The notes under the pieces were generated by a model. The model had not been told where the DNA came from, did no database searches, and saw nothing but the letters and a program-made list of their open reading frames with translations. A stretch of 62,013 bases of DNA, counting the filler, from Ionaspis alba (taxonomy: Eukaryota), in assembly GCA_964255285.1 (NCBI GenBank). It is 4 parts of 4 records of this genome, joined end to end, with 100 filler letters (N's around TTAATTAATTAA, not from the genome) between each part and the next. Parts side by side here need not be neighbours in the genome. Positions count along the whole stretch, not along the records: positions 31,113 to 46,524 come from CAXUUL010000378.1; positions 46,625 to 62,013 come from CAXUUL010000379.1; 2 more parts are not named here. The stretch is one strand, 5' to 3'. The position numbers were made by a program, and so were the translations under genes. This document shows, one piece after another, positions 36,581 to 49,600 of the stretch; the first letter of the stretch is position 1, and every line of letters begins with the position of its first letter.

Positions 36581-39500
36581 TCACCGCGGTGGTGTACTTG
36601 CAACAGCAGGTATGTGAGTCGTGGCAGCTGTGATAATTTGTTTACTCGGAGGTGCGGCGATAGCTCCACCGCTATTTCGCTTGGCTACGATAGCCAATTT
36701 CTTTCGTAGAACCGTCAAGCGGCCGCGAATGCCCTGGACCACTGTATACAACCGTCAGTAAAGCCCTCTACCACGACCAAGAGTACTAATAACATACGCT
36801 TGAGCACCGAATCCCGATCCTCCGGATTCACCAAACTAAACTCATCCTTCTCAGCCTTCCCACCCAGCACCTCCCTACCAGACGCAGCAGACTTCTTCGC
36901 CACCGGCTCATCATCATTCTCCAACACAGCCTCCAGCATCCGAATGGCAGTCACATAAGCAATCTCACACCCCGGCAAATCCTCACACACCAGCTCATTA
37001 ACCGCAGCACTGCGACTCATTTCCAACGCCCGGAGATACATAAGTTTTTCCGCACTAACCCCCGAGGAAACAACCACATTCTCCGCCGACGTGCCCATCC
37101 CCCCTGTCGAGGTAGACGCCGAAGGATGGTTACTCGGATGGCTAGGATGATCCAACGGCAAGCGTTTCTGCGCCTCGATGAGCTTCAGCCGCGCAATTTC
37201 AGCCTTTTCCAAGACCTCGTTGAAACGGTTGCGAACCCATTGAACGACGTTATTGACGCGGTTACCGACGGCGACGTTGTGGGCTGCGCTGGGTTGGCTG
37301 CGGGGGGAGGTCGATTCTTCGATGATTTCGCCGCGGCTTTTGCGCTGCCACCAGGCGCCTGCTATGTCCATGGATCGAGCGAGGAGGGCTAGGGCTTTGA
37401 CGTAGAGGACTAGTGCTTCTTCGGATAGGGTGACGATCGCGTCGACTGTGAGTCCGCTGTCTTCGTCGTTGGTGCTTGATGCTCCGGTCTTGTCTGGTAG
37501 TCCGGCTTCGCGGAGGCCGAGACCGTGATCTGTGGATGGGGTTAAGGGCATGAGCTGTTTGTACTTGACTTCTGCAAAGCCGTACACAACGTCGCTTCGG
37601 GTAGCAGATTCTTCGATGACGTGAACTGCTTTGGTGTCCTCGTCCATCGGCGACGAAGTCTTTGCGTTGTCGCCGATCATCAGAAGGCTTCCTTGAATGG
37701 CCGGATATGCTGGGAAAGGAGCGTATAGCGGAGGCGATACTCCTCCGCGTAAGAACCCCTGGCTAGGTGAAAACCCAAAAGTGCGAAGTCTTCCAGTGGC
37801 AGCATCAATAGCCTTCGATATGGCCGAAGAAGTTGATTTACCACCCTGTATGCGTTTATCGGTCGAGGTTTGTCTAATATGATCAGGCCGCTTTCCGGTC
37901 GCAATCGATATAGCTCGTGACGTTGTGACATTTGCACCCGTAGTCGTGGTAGAAACAGCTTGTGTCGTGGCCCGTCGTGGTATCCCGCCTTCACGTCCAT
38001 TTTTCACATTCTGATATCCAACGTTAGCACCCGGACTAGCAGCTGCCGCCAATGCGTCTGCTAATGCGTTCACCTCCACTGCTTTCTTCTCTACATGTAC
38101 ATATTCACCGTCGATCTTTGCATCTAAAGCCATGCGCTCCCTTGCCTCTCTTTCTAGCCGAAGCTCCTCGCTCCGACGCTTCTGGATAAGTCGGGCTTGA
38201 TTGTCGTCTGGTGGAATCGACGATCCAGATGATACAGAACCGCGGCTGGTTTTGCGGTGAATTCCAGCTGTAGCCGTCCGAGCAGGTGGATCCATTGATG
38301 CGTTCTGCTGTGTAGGTGCTGTAGCGCGAGTTCTAAAGTCCGGTCTCCGATTCTGAACTTGATGTTCTGGAGCATCAGCATAGAATTCCTTCGTCTCGAC
38401 TTCTTCGGATATAGCCTTTCGCTGACTATTAGGACGCTGGGTCGATGGACGACGAGTGACAACAGCCTCCCCTTCAGAAGCAGGAGCACGGCCCATACTA
38501 GGACGTTGAGGGGCACCTTCACGTCTTACACGAGAGTTATTGCTTGTAGCTGGATTTTCACAAGATCCACTCGACTGACACACCATCGGCTCAGTTGCTG
38601 AGCGAACCGGCTGTTGTGATATAACCTTTGGTGGCCGATCCTCCCCTACCAATCCGGGAATTTCGTCCTTGATGACGGTATTATCGAAGAAGTCTCCAAA
38701 GCCCATACGCTCGACTGGGTTGCGCTTCAGAAGTCCTCTGATAAGGGTCTTCATGGAGTCGCTAACAGCAGGATCGTCCGGGATTTTGATCTTATCCTCC
38801 CCACGTTCTATCTTGCGCAAAAGTTCCACGTGGTTCGATGCTCTGAAAGGGGGCCTGCCCGTCATCATCTCGTATGTCACTGTGCCGACCGACCACAAAT
38901 CTGCCTTGGCGTCGTACTTTTCATATCTGAGTATTTCTGGAGCCATATATAGTGGGGATCCGCAGAGGGTTTCGGCTAGAGAGGTGGAAGGTAATGACCG
39001 TGCGAACCCAAAATCAGCCAATTTCAGCATTGGTAATGACTCCAGTCCAGCCACAGGGACTAGTGATTTGTCGCTAGGTACGTAGGAAACTTGTGGCGCT
39101 CGGTTTTTTGCGTAAGATAGTGGGGAAGGAATTATGAGCAGGTTCTGAGGTTTGACGTCTCTGTGGATCAGATTCTTATTCCTCAAGAATTCTAAGGCGC
39201 TGGCTAGTTGTTGTAGAAAATGACGGACAATGACTTCGTGCAAGCCGCCGGCTGCGGGGTTCGGGTATTTCTTGACCATATCGGCGGTGTGGGAATTGTT
39301 TGCGAGAGCATCTCGTCGTTTGATGAAGTATGATAGATCCCCAAGCTGACAGTACTCCATGACGAGATGTATGTGTGTCGAGCTTTCCCTGCAATCGAAG
39401 AGCGAGACAATGTGTGGGTGCTGAAGCTCCTTCAAGATGTGGATCTCGGAGAAAAGGTTGTCTTTGAGCTTCTTATTGAGCTTGGATAGATTGACAGATT

Positions 39501-39811
39501 TGATGGCAACATAGCCACCTCGTTTCTGTGGAAGAGGCACAAGTCAGTAAGCTTGAATAACGAGACGGAGATAGACTTTGATGCTGAAATCGCCTTCACA
39601 AGCGGTCTTCGCATCTTAGAAACTGCAGCGGTAAATTGAAACATTGAGCATGGGATGAAGGTTTGCTTACAGTATGCGTAGCTTTATAGACTGTTGCAAA
39701 ACTACCCCGCCCAATCTCCTCCATCCTTTTGAAGCTCCCAATATCGACCTCTGCCTGTGCGGGATCTCGAGGACGCCTTGAGAGCGAAGGACCCGGCGCC
39801 GCAGATGCCAT
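36581..39811 (-). CDS. ATG1: Autophagy Ser/Thr kinase Atg1 (2 introns)
   Basis: [37 protein letters not shown] and [29 protein letters not shown]. The C-terminal MIT-like region reads [17 protein letters not shown]...[12 protein letters not shown]...[17 protein letters not shown]. Spliced stop at 36581. Confidence 0.97.
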
Positions 39812-41129
39812 ACTGGAAGTTTGCTGTAGATTCCGAGATACTCCACGGGCGATAGGCCCTTATGACTGCAGACTACCACTGCAGATGAGGGTACAAGGTC
39901 GGGGTCAAGTCGTTACACATGGAGGAGTAATGGCGATCGCTGTTGACCAGGAGTGGAGGTGTGCAAGACGCAGGTGGCCGGGCTTGGCGCCGAAGGCTGC
40001 AGACGGTTGAATTGTTCAAGCGCGAGGCGGCGGAGTGGTGGCTGCGTGATGCGGATTTACGAAGAGTCGGAGATCCGCGTGGGGGAGGCGGAAATGATTA
40101 GATTGTTGATTGGGATGGCGTGACCAGGCTGTCAGGCGTCTTTGATCAACGAAGGTACAAGTTGGTTGGCAGCTGTGACTCAGTCCTGTCGACCGGGCGA
40201 CTGCTCAAACGATAAACGGGGATAGAAATAGTGGAAGAAGAAAAGAAGAGCTGGCAGAAAGAAGATGAGGTTCGGAAAGCAGAATGGGACGAAAGAGGGT
40301 ATGTATGACAAGTAATGTTCTGAAGATGGGGGAGAAGAGGGTGCCCTCTATGGCCCGCAGAGCTAAGCTCACGGGGTTCACGTCGAAGGACTTGCCGCTA
40401 ATATGGATCCGGTTAGAATTCTAGTCCACGATAAGGAGGCTGATTGCCGATAACAGGACCTGATGGACTGGAAGTGCATTATCTCCGCAGCTGCATCAGC
40501 AGGTCTTATTATGATCTCATTGTATGATTACAAGCATCATTGAGATATATATGCATCTAACACCGTCCATCTTATGGCGAATGAAGCCGAGATGCTGATA
40601 CTATAGCCCCACCAACCACGACACTCCTGTTTTTATCTGGTTGGACAACGTCTTTGTCTTTGCGTCAAGAGTAGCAAACAATGATTGCCTTCATTGTATG
40701 CTCCCAGAGCAACTGGTGATCCTCCTGGCTAGAATTCCGTCGATCCGATCACGCAGGGACCACTAACGTCAGTATTGGATTTTGAAGGACCCTTAGAAAG
40801 GTGGCTTTCTGCAGCGTCTGAGCTCACTTCAACCTTACAACAAATCTAGACTCTGGCATTGCTATCGTCGGAGGAGTTTCTATAGCCGAGTGTGTAACAG
40901 GAAACGACTGGCTCAAAAGACTTTCAACCATGCTGTGTAGAAGAGTGTTCATGGACGGAGATGTTGAGCCGATAGATTCTAGTTTAGAGAGTGCGACACT
41001 TGTGGCACGGGTTCATTGTAGCTATGTTCATCTCCGAAGAGTTGGGATATCATCGATATAAGTCTAATCCAACACTTTATATCATCAAGTCGACCAATAG
41101 GAAGGTGCCTGTAACTCTACGTGTCCCGC

Positions 41130-43983
41130 TCATATCTTCAAAGCCCGTACAAGCAGCCACAGAATAACGGGCACAACAACATTATCATTCCCACCGGTAA
41201 GCACAGCCTCCGTGAAGCTTGCTCCAGCCGCAGCAACAGCCGCCTTACCCAGCGTCAAAGTCCAGAAGTCCCCAGAATCGCCCTCCCAGCCACCAACCAG
41301 AAGCCAAGCTCTCGCGATACTAAGCCCCAAGACCACAGCAAGAGCAAAAGCAAGGCTACCTTCGAAGCTCTTACCTCCACTCCAAGGCCATTTCCGACGA
41401 CCAAATCTACGCCCAATCAATGAAGCCGCGGCATCGCCCATGCCTACACAAACGACACCGCTAACCATGCTCAGATCTCTAGTCTTGAAATCCCAGCCCT
41501 CAAAAGGCGCGGTACCAGTCCTCTCCGTAGCTGCCAGAGAAAGCCAGAGTGGGATGGCACACCCGACGAGGAGGAAGATATGTGAGACGATGACAGGACC
41601 GCGGTGATCTCGTCCGTCAACATATGGCGCAAGGAAGTAAGTCAGCGGTTTGGAGACCGGAGGCAGTTGAGAAGCTCGAAAGAGGTCAAGCAGAAGGAAG
41701 ATGGCCAGGACGAGAGCGAGAGCCAGGGCTGCAAAACCGGGATCGAGGAAGATGGTAGGCAGAAACATGACAACCATCATACCATGAAAGACTTTCCGGC
41801 GAGTATCGACTTCGGCGATGGAGCTGAGTCGGAAGACGATAGTCAAGCCGACTACAATGTTGGCGATAAAGTAGGCGCAGATCATCAAGCGCGTGTTAGC
41901 AGCTCCGAGAGTGATCTGTCTGAAGTGTTCTGCAAGGCTGGAGCGAAAGGGCTGTAATTCTTGCCTATGAGGTAGGCAAATCCAGTTCTCCAGATTCCAG
42001 ATGACCACCTGAAGTCGAAACTCTGGGAGGTCGCCGAATAGATAACCGAGAGCCCATCCCACAGGTTCATTCCCAAACAAGGCTTGACGGCCTACGTAGA
42101 GTCTTATTGGAAGGGCGATAATGGCAATGACCACGAGATAGACGTAGAAAGCGTAGAGCCATTTCAGGATTGTCGCTTGAGTACTGGTCAATGAAAGAAA
42201 GGACTTGGGCCGGATGGAAAGCGTGCGTAGTTTCTTTTGAGGGTTGAAATTGGTAATTAGTGACTTATTGGACGAGTCTCCTGTATATGTTGGAAGGGTA
42301 TGCCGCCTATTCCGAATCTTGCTAAGGTCAGAATCTTCTGGGTTTGCGTGCGTTAGGCTTCTGTCAAGTTGCCGTGGTTCTCCGATTTCCATTGTATCAA
42401 TTGCCATCTCGCTGATGGGATCACGATTTGAAGATCTGTCATTCTGCGATCGGAGCATCTGAGAGAATTTTCGTCTTGAGCTCTGCATGGGCAGCATGCG
42501 AGTCTCGTCACTATCCGAACTATCGTGGTGAACCCTTGATGATTGATATTTTCTGAGCAATCCTCCCAAGCAATCATCCATAGACGAGACAATAACGTTG
42601 CCTCTGAAGGGTTTCGCTTTTGGTCGCTTAAACCGCCAACTTGGAACGCGCGCGAGTTCAACGGCCCACCGAAGGACATGCCGGCATGACAGAAATAACA
42701 AGAGGCCGCCAATCCACAGTAGCCCTTTTAGGATCGTAGCTTGTGGAGATCCTGAGAAGAGAAGGAGATTAATCAAGCCGACAGAAAGCAATTGCAGCTC
42801 TGTAGGTAATAGACTTGTTGTCGTCGTGAAAGCAAGGCAGGATACCAAGGTCTGATGAAGTGGGAATAGTAAGACAAGCTGCTCTGAATGTATTTTCCCT
42901 GACGCAGAGTGTAGCGAGGATTCATGGCCTGGTATTGCCTCGGGTTTGGTTAAGAGATAAGGAAGAAAAGAAAGAGACCAATGCACATAGCCGAATCCGC
43001 CAAAGGGTATCACTGGAACAGGTAGACAGCAAATTCCCAGAACAAGATTAACAACAAGAAGATCTCTATCAGGAGTGGACATCGAAGCGACCACACAGAG
43101 AGGTAGAAATACAGGGTACAGTAGCGGCGCAGGGTCGTATGCCACAGGAATCCGTAGACGTGGAAGTCGCCCGCCTTTCTGTGAGGTCTTCCCGGACCGA
43201 TGTCTTAAGAGGCGTATTGGATATAGAAGGTAGAGGCCGATGACCAAGAAAGTGTAGCCAGACAACTCTGAGGCACGAATGATTAGCTTTCGGTAGACTT
43301 GGAGTCAATTTGGTGGCTCTACCTCTTCGTACGTCAAATCCAGACCCATAAACACTCATCAGAGTAACGAGAGCAAGAGAGACCACTTCCAGCAGCCTCC
43401 GTACTAGCTCAGCACGTCTCCTCCTAGTATATTTTTCTCTAATCTGCCGGCTTTCTCCATCTGTCCCAGATCTATCCTCTCCGACAGTTTTCACGGACTT
43501 CCTAGTATCCCTACGTTTCCTCGGCTCATCATCAAGGCATGAGGGCGTTAGGAGTGGACTGGATAATTGGTCGATGCTTGACCCCCTGGTATCCTTGAGT
43601 CCCTTTCTAGGCCTCAGCGCAGGTGCTGGAAGACCTTTCATGACAGACGCTCTCTCATCATCTGCCTCTGTCCCACTGTCACTGGGCGAAGGTGTAAGCT
43701 TCCGCTTCTTGCGGCCATCAAAGTCGAAGTAATCTGTCTCATGTTGGTAGGAGGACCGCCGTGCAGCCGCTGTTAAGGCGGATCTGTTGGGAGGCAGTAG
43801 TTGTGAAGAGGAGGGGTAGGGGCGATCTGTATAGTACCGGTCGTGAATTTCGAGACTTTGTCGGTGGTATGGATGTGGAGAGCGATCCAGTCGCGGCTTT
43901 GCAGTACGAGTCTCATCCTCGTCAACGTGGAGCGCTGGCGAGGGTGGTGTTCGTGGAGATGCAGGATGAATAGGCTTCAGCAT
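41130..43983 (-). CDS. SEC59: Dolichol kinase (1 intron)
   Basis: SPSDSGTEADDE N-terminal motif, TTSLLPTELQLLS, EVDTRRKVFHG, YVDGRDHRGPVIVSHIFLLVGC, GMGDAAASLIGRRFGRRKWPWSGGKSFEGS (CTP-binding) and EAVLTGGNDNV. Confidence 0.95.
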
Positions 43984-44516
43984 AATTTTCCAGAACCACG
44001 TACAGAGTTGTGCACATGGTCAATGTATGCAGCTGTCAAAACTTCGAACGGCAAGACTTGGGTACCACTATGGATGCTTGAGGTTTGTAACGACACCAGT
44101 GGAAGAAAATTGTTGAGGTGCATGTGAAGAAATCGGAGCTTGAATCGACCGACTTCATATCATTACGTAGCCGGTGCAGCTGTCCTGCAAGCTATGCGGC
44201 AAGGTTTACAGCCGAATATTCTTAGACTTCAATCAGGACCAGTGATTTGTACTTCACAATGGCTGTAAAGGCGTGCCTTACAAGTCCATGTCCCTACTTG
44301 TACCGTTGTACTGATTCCACGCGGGCCGGAGAAGAAGAAGCCCTAATTCGCGGCACTTCGAGCCTATCAAGTTCGTCACCTTTAATGCTCGTTTGGTTCG
44401 AACAAAACGTGGCCAAATGGGTTCCTAGGTCTATAATCAGGAAAAGAACATGAACGATGCCATGAACTTATAACGTTTCTTATCCTTATCCTGCTACCTC
44501 CTATCGGGAAGTCACC

Positions 44517-46524
44517 ATGTCCGTTCCCCTTAATGTAATCGCCCTCATATCCGGCGGCAAAGACTCCTTTCTCTCCCTCCTCCACTGCCTCGCCAACAAC
44601 CACCACATAATCGCCCTCGCGAATCTCTATCCCCCACCTTCTACTCCGTTGGCAGGGGAGGCAGACGACCTCAACAGCTACATGTACCAAACGGTGGGAC
44701 ATACCATCCTGCCGCTCTACAGCACTGCCTTTGGTCTGCCTCTTTACAGACAGCAAATCTTCGGCTCCGCTCTAAACGCGGAAAAAGATTATTCACATTC
44801 TTCCACAGAGGATCCAAATGTAGATGCAAAAGACGAAACCGAGTCCCTCCTACCCCTTCTTCGGAAAGTACTGGCAGCACACCCAGAGGCCAACGCTCTC
44901 TCTACAGGCGCTATTCTCTCTACCTACCAGCGTACCCGCATAGAGTCCGTAGCCCTGCGGCTGGGCCTTGCTCCGCTCTCTTATCTGTGGCAATATCCTT
45001 CCCTTCCGACGCCTACCCGGTCACCTGCGGGCTTACTCCGTGATATGGCTGCGGCAGGAGTTGATGCTCGGATCATCAAAGTTGCTTCGGGAGGGCTGGA
45101 TGAAAGCTTCCTGTGGGAGAATGTATGCGAGGAAAGGGTGATCAAGAGGCTGGAGAGAGCGGTAGCGAGGTTTGGGGGGAGTGTGCTTGGGGAGGGTGGA
45201 GAATTTGAGACGTTGGTACTCAATGGGCCGGAAGGTGTCTGGAGAGGGAGAATTGAGGTCGATGAAAGGGAGAGGAATATTAGAAGGGGTGGAGGTGGAG
45301 AGGCATGGCTGGAGCTTGGATTGGGCAAGGTTGTGATGCATGATAGGAACTCTGCGAAAGCGGAAGTGAGTTGGAAAGAACGGCTGAAAATGCCTGAGCT
45401 ATGGGACAGCAGATTCGAAGAACTGCTGGCTATTCCTTCAGAGGTGAAAGTTGAGGCTGCCATTGAGATTGACTCGTGTTCATCAGCACCGTGGCAAGCA
45501 AAGCAATCTGTACGAGAGTCTCATAAAATACTGAAAATATCCAACATGACCTTTCCTATCCCAATGAGCAGTATAGAAGAGCAAATGGCCCGTATCAGCA
45601 CCGAACTAATACAGATCCTGTCAGCTCGCAACCGTTCAACCAGCGATATCGTCTTCACGACCATCCTTCTGCGCTCCATGTCAGATTTCTCCTCCTTGAA
45701 CGCCATATACGGCAAGCTCTTCACGCAGCCAAATCCTCCAGCCAGGGTCACCGTGGCTTGTGGTGACACTCTACCAGAGCACGCAGCTGTCATGCTATCC
45801 TTCATCGTGGATCTGTCTTTCAGAGAGCATCGAAAAGGCCTTCATGTACAATCAAGATCGTACTGGGCACCTGCCAACATAGGACCATATTCGCAGGCTA
45901 TCTCAGTCAACACCATGAAAGAAGCGTCATTGGTTCATATTGCCGGCCAGATTCCTCTAGTGCCCTCATCCATGGAGGTTTTGCAAGCAGATCCACAAGA
46001 GGACGCGATGAGTCTGTTCCACAGGCAGGCAGCTCTCTCTCTTCAACATCTTTGGCGGATTGGCATCGGGACGGGTGTCACATGGTGGACCGGTGCCATA
46101 GCTTTCGTGGCCGGTGGAAATGCCAAGGAGAAGGCAATGACAGCGTGGTCTCTCTGGCGCCATATACACCAGGTCCCCGAGGAAGATGAGAACGAAGAAG
46201 ACGGGGACGGTCCTGACGCGTGGGACAGGAAGTACGGAGCAGCTTCATCTCACTTCTCAGTGACTGAACCAACTCAGCGACCACTGCCTGACTTTGACGA
46301 TGCTCATGCTGGAGATGGTGACTATGTACCGGGCTTCTTTGCGGTCGAGGTAGACGAACTCCCTCGCGGCTGTGAGGTGGAATGGCAGAGCCTGGGCTCA
46401 GCAGGAAGTGGCGTGAGCATGGAATCTTGTGTTATTGGGGGTTTTCATGGTCGACGATGTACGCCGGTCGGCAGTGGCCATGCTGTGACGTTCCTGGCAA
46501 TTCCTGCTCGAGGTTCTGATGTCA
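44517..46524 (+). CDS. DPH6: Diphthine-ammonia ligase with C-terminal Rid/YjgF-like domains; 3'-truncated at the spacer
   Basis: LNVIALISGGKDS (PP-loop), SYMYQTVGH, GAILSTYQRTRIESVALRLGL, GEGGEFETLV, PNPPARVTV, LHVQSRSYWAPANIGPYSQA, IAGQIPL and LPRGCEVEW. Confidence 0.95.
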
Positions 46525-46624
46525 NNNNNNNNNNNNNNNNNNNNNNNNNNNNNNNNNNNNNNNNNNNNTTAATTAATTAANNNNNNNNNNNNNNNNNNNN
46601 NNNNNNNNNNNNNNNNNNNNNNNN
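46525..46624. other. Artificial scaffold-joining spacer N44-TTAATTAATTAA-N44
   Basis: TTAATTAATTAA at 46569-46580 within 100 bp. Confidence 0.97.
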
Positions 46625-49600
46625 CTCTTGCCCTTCTTCTTCGCAGCCACGACCTTGAAGCTGGAGCCAGCTTCCTCCTTGGCACCATTGACTGGCCCCT
46701 TTTTTGCCACCTCGCTCCATCCGCCACTACTGGTTTTGTTGTCGTTGTTACCTTGCGAGAAGCCAGCTGTAGCAGACGAATCCTGGATGATGCCTTTATC
46801 AGCGAGCTTGCGACGGCGGATGAATTCTTCCGCGAATCGACGACCATCAAGAGTTGGGGAGTTTGCATAGACCTCCAGCAAGTCAGTATCAACTCTCACA
46901 AAGCGGGAGGTTGTACCACATACTGCTTCTGACAGAATTTCTGGTTCGGACGGTAGCTGGAGAAGATTCTTCACGAAATCATCCACTAATTTCCATTAGA
47001 AAAATAAGTGAGATAGGCTCAAAGCTACTTGCCATTGATGCTGCTGTTGAGTCCTTTCCCAAGAACACCCTTCGCCCACTTGTTGAACTCCTCGTTTGCA
47101 GCTTGTCCAGACGTTGACGTCCCCGTTGTATTGCTCCTCACAGGTGGAGGTACAATCTTTGGCTTGTTGGCAGGTGTTGGATTTGTGATACTGCCGCCAC
47201 TAACGGCTCGTGGGGCGAGAGTGGGAGCTGCGGGAGTGGGGTTCTTGAGCTTTCCGCCAGCTCCAACAGTCGTCCATGCGCCACCTGGACCAGTGGAACC
47301 CGGTGATGCAACTTTGCTGGCAAGATCGGCATAGCGCTTTCCACCCGCCAGATTAGAGCCACCAACAAGCGTATTGACAGCATTAGCAGCAGCGGCGGCT
47401 GCTGCTCTGTTCTTGCGGGCTTCTTCTTCTTTTTGTATTTGAGCTAGGGTTTTCTTCGCACCTGATACGGGTGTAGCAACAGGAGGTTTACCTGCTAACG
47501 GCTTCGCCCAGGCGGACGGACCTGCTGAAGTTGGAGTTGCAGGAGAGCCACTGCTGGCCCAGTTGGCAGATGATGGTAGACCAGGAGCTGGAGCAACATT
47601 CTGTGTCTGGTTCTGTCTTTCCTGTTCGGCAAGAGCGCGCCTTGCTGCGGCAGCAATTTCGTCCTGTTGAGCTGACTTACGAGCTTCGGCTTCTTGTATC
47701 TCTTTGAGTGAAGGGCCCTTTGAAGCTTCAAGATTCTCTTTTGCCCATGGTGCAATCGTTGCACTAGGAGTACCAACCGAAGGAGTCTGGGAACGTGATC
47801 TAGACTCTGCGGCAAAGGTATCCGCCACGTTGTGTCTGCTTCTCTGAGCGGAAGGAGCTGGCAGCGGAGACACAGACTGTGGTGGCGGGAACGGTTGTGG
47901 AAGACCAGTATCCACAGTGGCCCAGGCAGGCTGCGTTTGAGCTGTAGGTGTCTTGCCGGATATAGATAGCGGTTGTACTTGCTCGGTAGAAATAGGCTCG
48001 GCGATTTTCGCATGAGATGGCAGACCATGGCTTTGGCTATCATCAATTCCTTGACCGAAGTCCTGGAAAAGCGGATTGTCGCTGGACTGAGCCAAAGGGT
48101 GACCTTGGGGCACCTGCGCATCATTGTCTTGTTCTCTCAATTGATTGTAGTGGTCTAATCTCTCCCTCGACTCCTGGATATCATCCATGGACGTCCTCTG
48201 CAAAACTCCGAATTGCTCTTGTTCACGCTGCAATCTAGCTCTGTCCTGGAGCATTGCTTCGACTTGCTGTTTGTGGCTGAGCCCTTCCTGTGGAATAGGT
48301 ATTTGAGATTGACCAAAGGTGGATTGCGTACCTCGACCGAGTTTCAGATGTTCTAGTGCAGTCACCATATCACTGTCACGACCATGAGCCAAGTTTTCGG
48401 ATAGATGCCCTATCGGACCCATGCCTGGTCCTGCAGACCTCATTTGTCCATCAAAGAAGCCTGGTACTGTAGCTGCTTGCGGGATTGGGCCTTGTGCTGG
48501 AGAATGCTGGTAAACAGAAGGAGAAGTGATACTTCCATAGCTTGGTTGACTTTGGAGGCTGTGGGCACTTGAATGGTGGTGGAGTTGGCCACCATGAATG
48601 CTGTGTGGACCACCCTGCATGTGTTGCATTTGCTTGATCATAACCTGTTGTTGTGCCAGATGCTCTTTCTGTCGCGCCATGAGGTATTGCTCCTCTTGTT
48701 TGCGTCTCTCCAAAGCGTTTTGTTGCTCGGCAGTAAGAGTTGTTCCAAAACTTGGAAAGCTGCTCGCGAAGGGAGGCTGAGCAGAACCTGATTGGGCCCC
48801 AGGGCTGCTTACGGGAAGAGACCCAAGCACTGCAGTATTGCTACTTGGTTGTGCACTGGCCGAGCCATGGGCAATACCGATTTGCGGAACAAGGAATGGC
48901 TCACGTGAGTTGCCAATCCGTCTGATCAATTGGGCCAGAGGCTCGTAATCAGCATCTTCCAATTTCTTGACCTGTAACTCGGGTGAAAAAAAGCCAGCTT
49001 TGTACCAATCATGCATCTCAAGACCTGACCAAGGTCCTTGTGTAGTTCCTTGTGGATCGCGATAGATCCAGCGCATCCGATCAGGCATAACCATTTGACG
49101 CTGTTGCGTTGCAGGCATCTGACTCGATGCGTCCGTATCTGGTGTACGCCCGAACAGAGAGGATGATGAAGCTCCGGTTACAGAGGGAGTTCCTGCCATA
49201 TTGGCCGCTGTAGTAAAGGGTATATGCGAAGACATCATAGAAGATCCTTGATTAAAGCCATGTTGACCCGAGTCTGCAGGGCCAAAGGGGGAGGTCATAT
49301 TTTGTCTACCGCCTCTGTCAAGGCCAACAAAAAGATCATCTAGCATCCCACGATTTTGACGCGAGGGACTGTCTGTATCTCGTGTTGGAATGCCGAATCC
49401 CGGAGCATCCGTGCTCGGAAGATTTCTACCATCACCATATCCAGGTTCGGGTTTGGATAGATCGTTACCTCGCATTTGGTCTTGCATTGCAGGAGGAAAG
49501 AGGGAGCCCATTTTGCTTCCACGGCCAATGGTTCCAGCGTTCCCAAAGTTCCCAGCATTAGAGCCAAAAGTTCCACCAGCAGGTGTCGGAAGGTCTCCTA

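Noticed and set aside
45520..46524. DPH6 fused to Rid/YjgF domains as a novel fusion
   Set aside because: This is the normal architecture of fungal Dph6.
15525..46580. TTAATTAATTAA recurring every ~15.5 kb as a biological periodic repeat or insertion site
   Set aside because: Always centred in exactly 44+44 N. It is an assembly linker with stops in six frames.
48980..49075. GFF rather than GYF in the GYF domain
   Set aside because: A conservative variant that I recognise as common in filamentous-fungal Smy2-type proteins.
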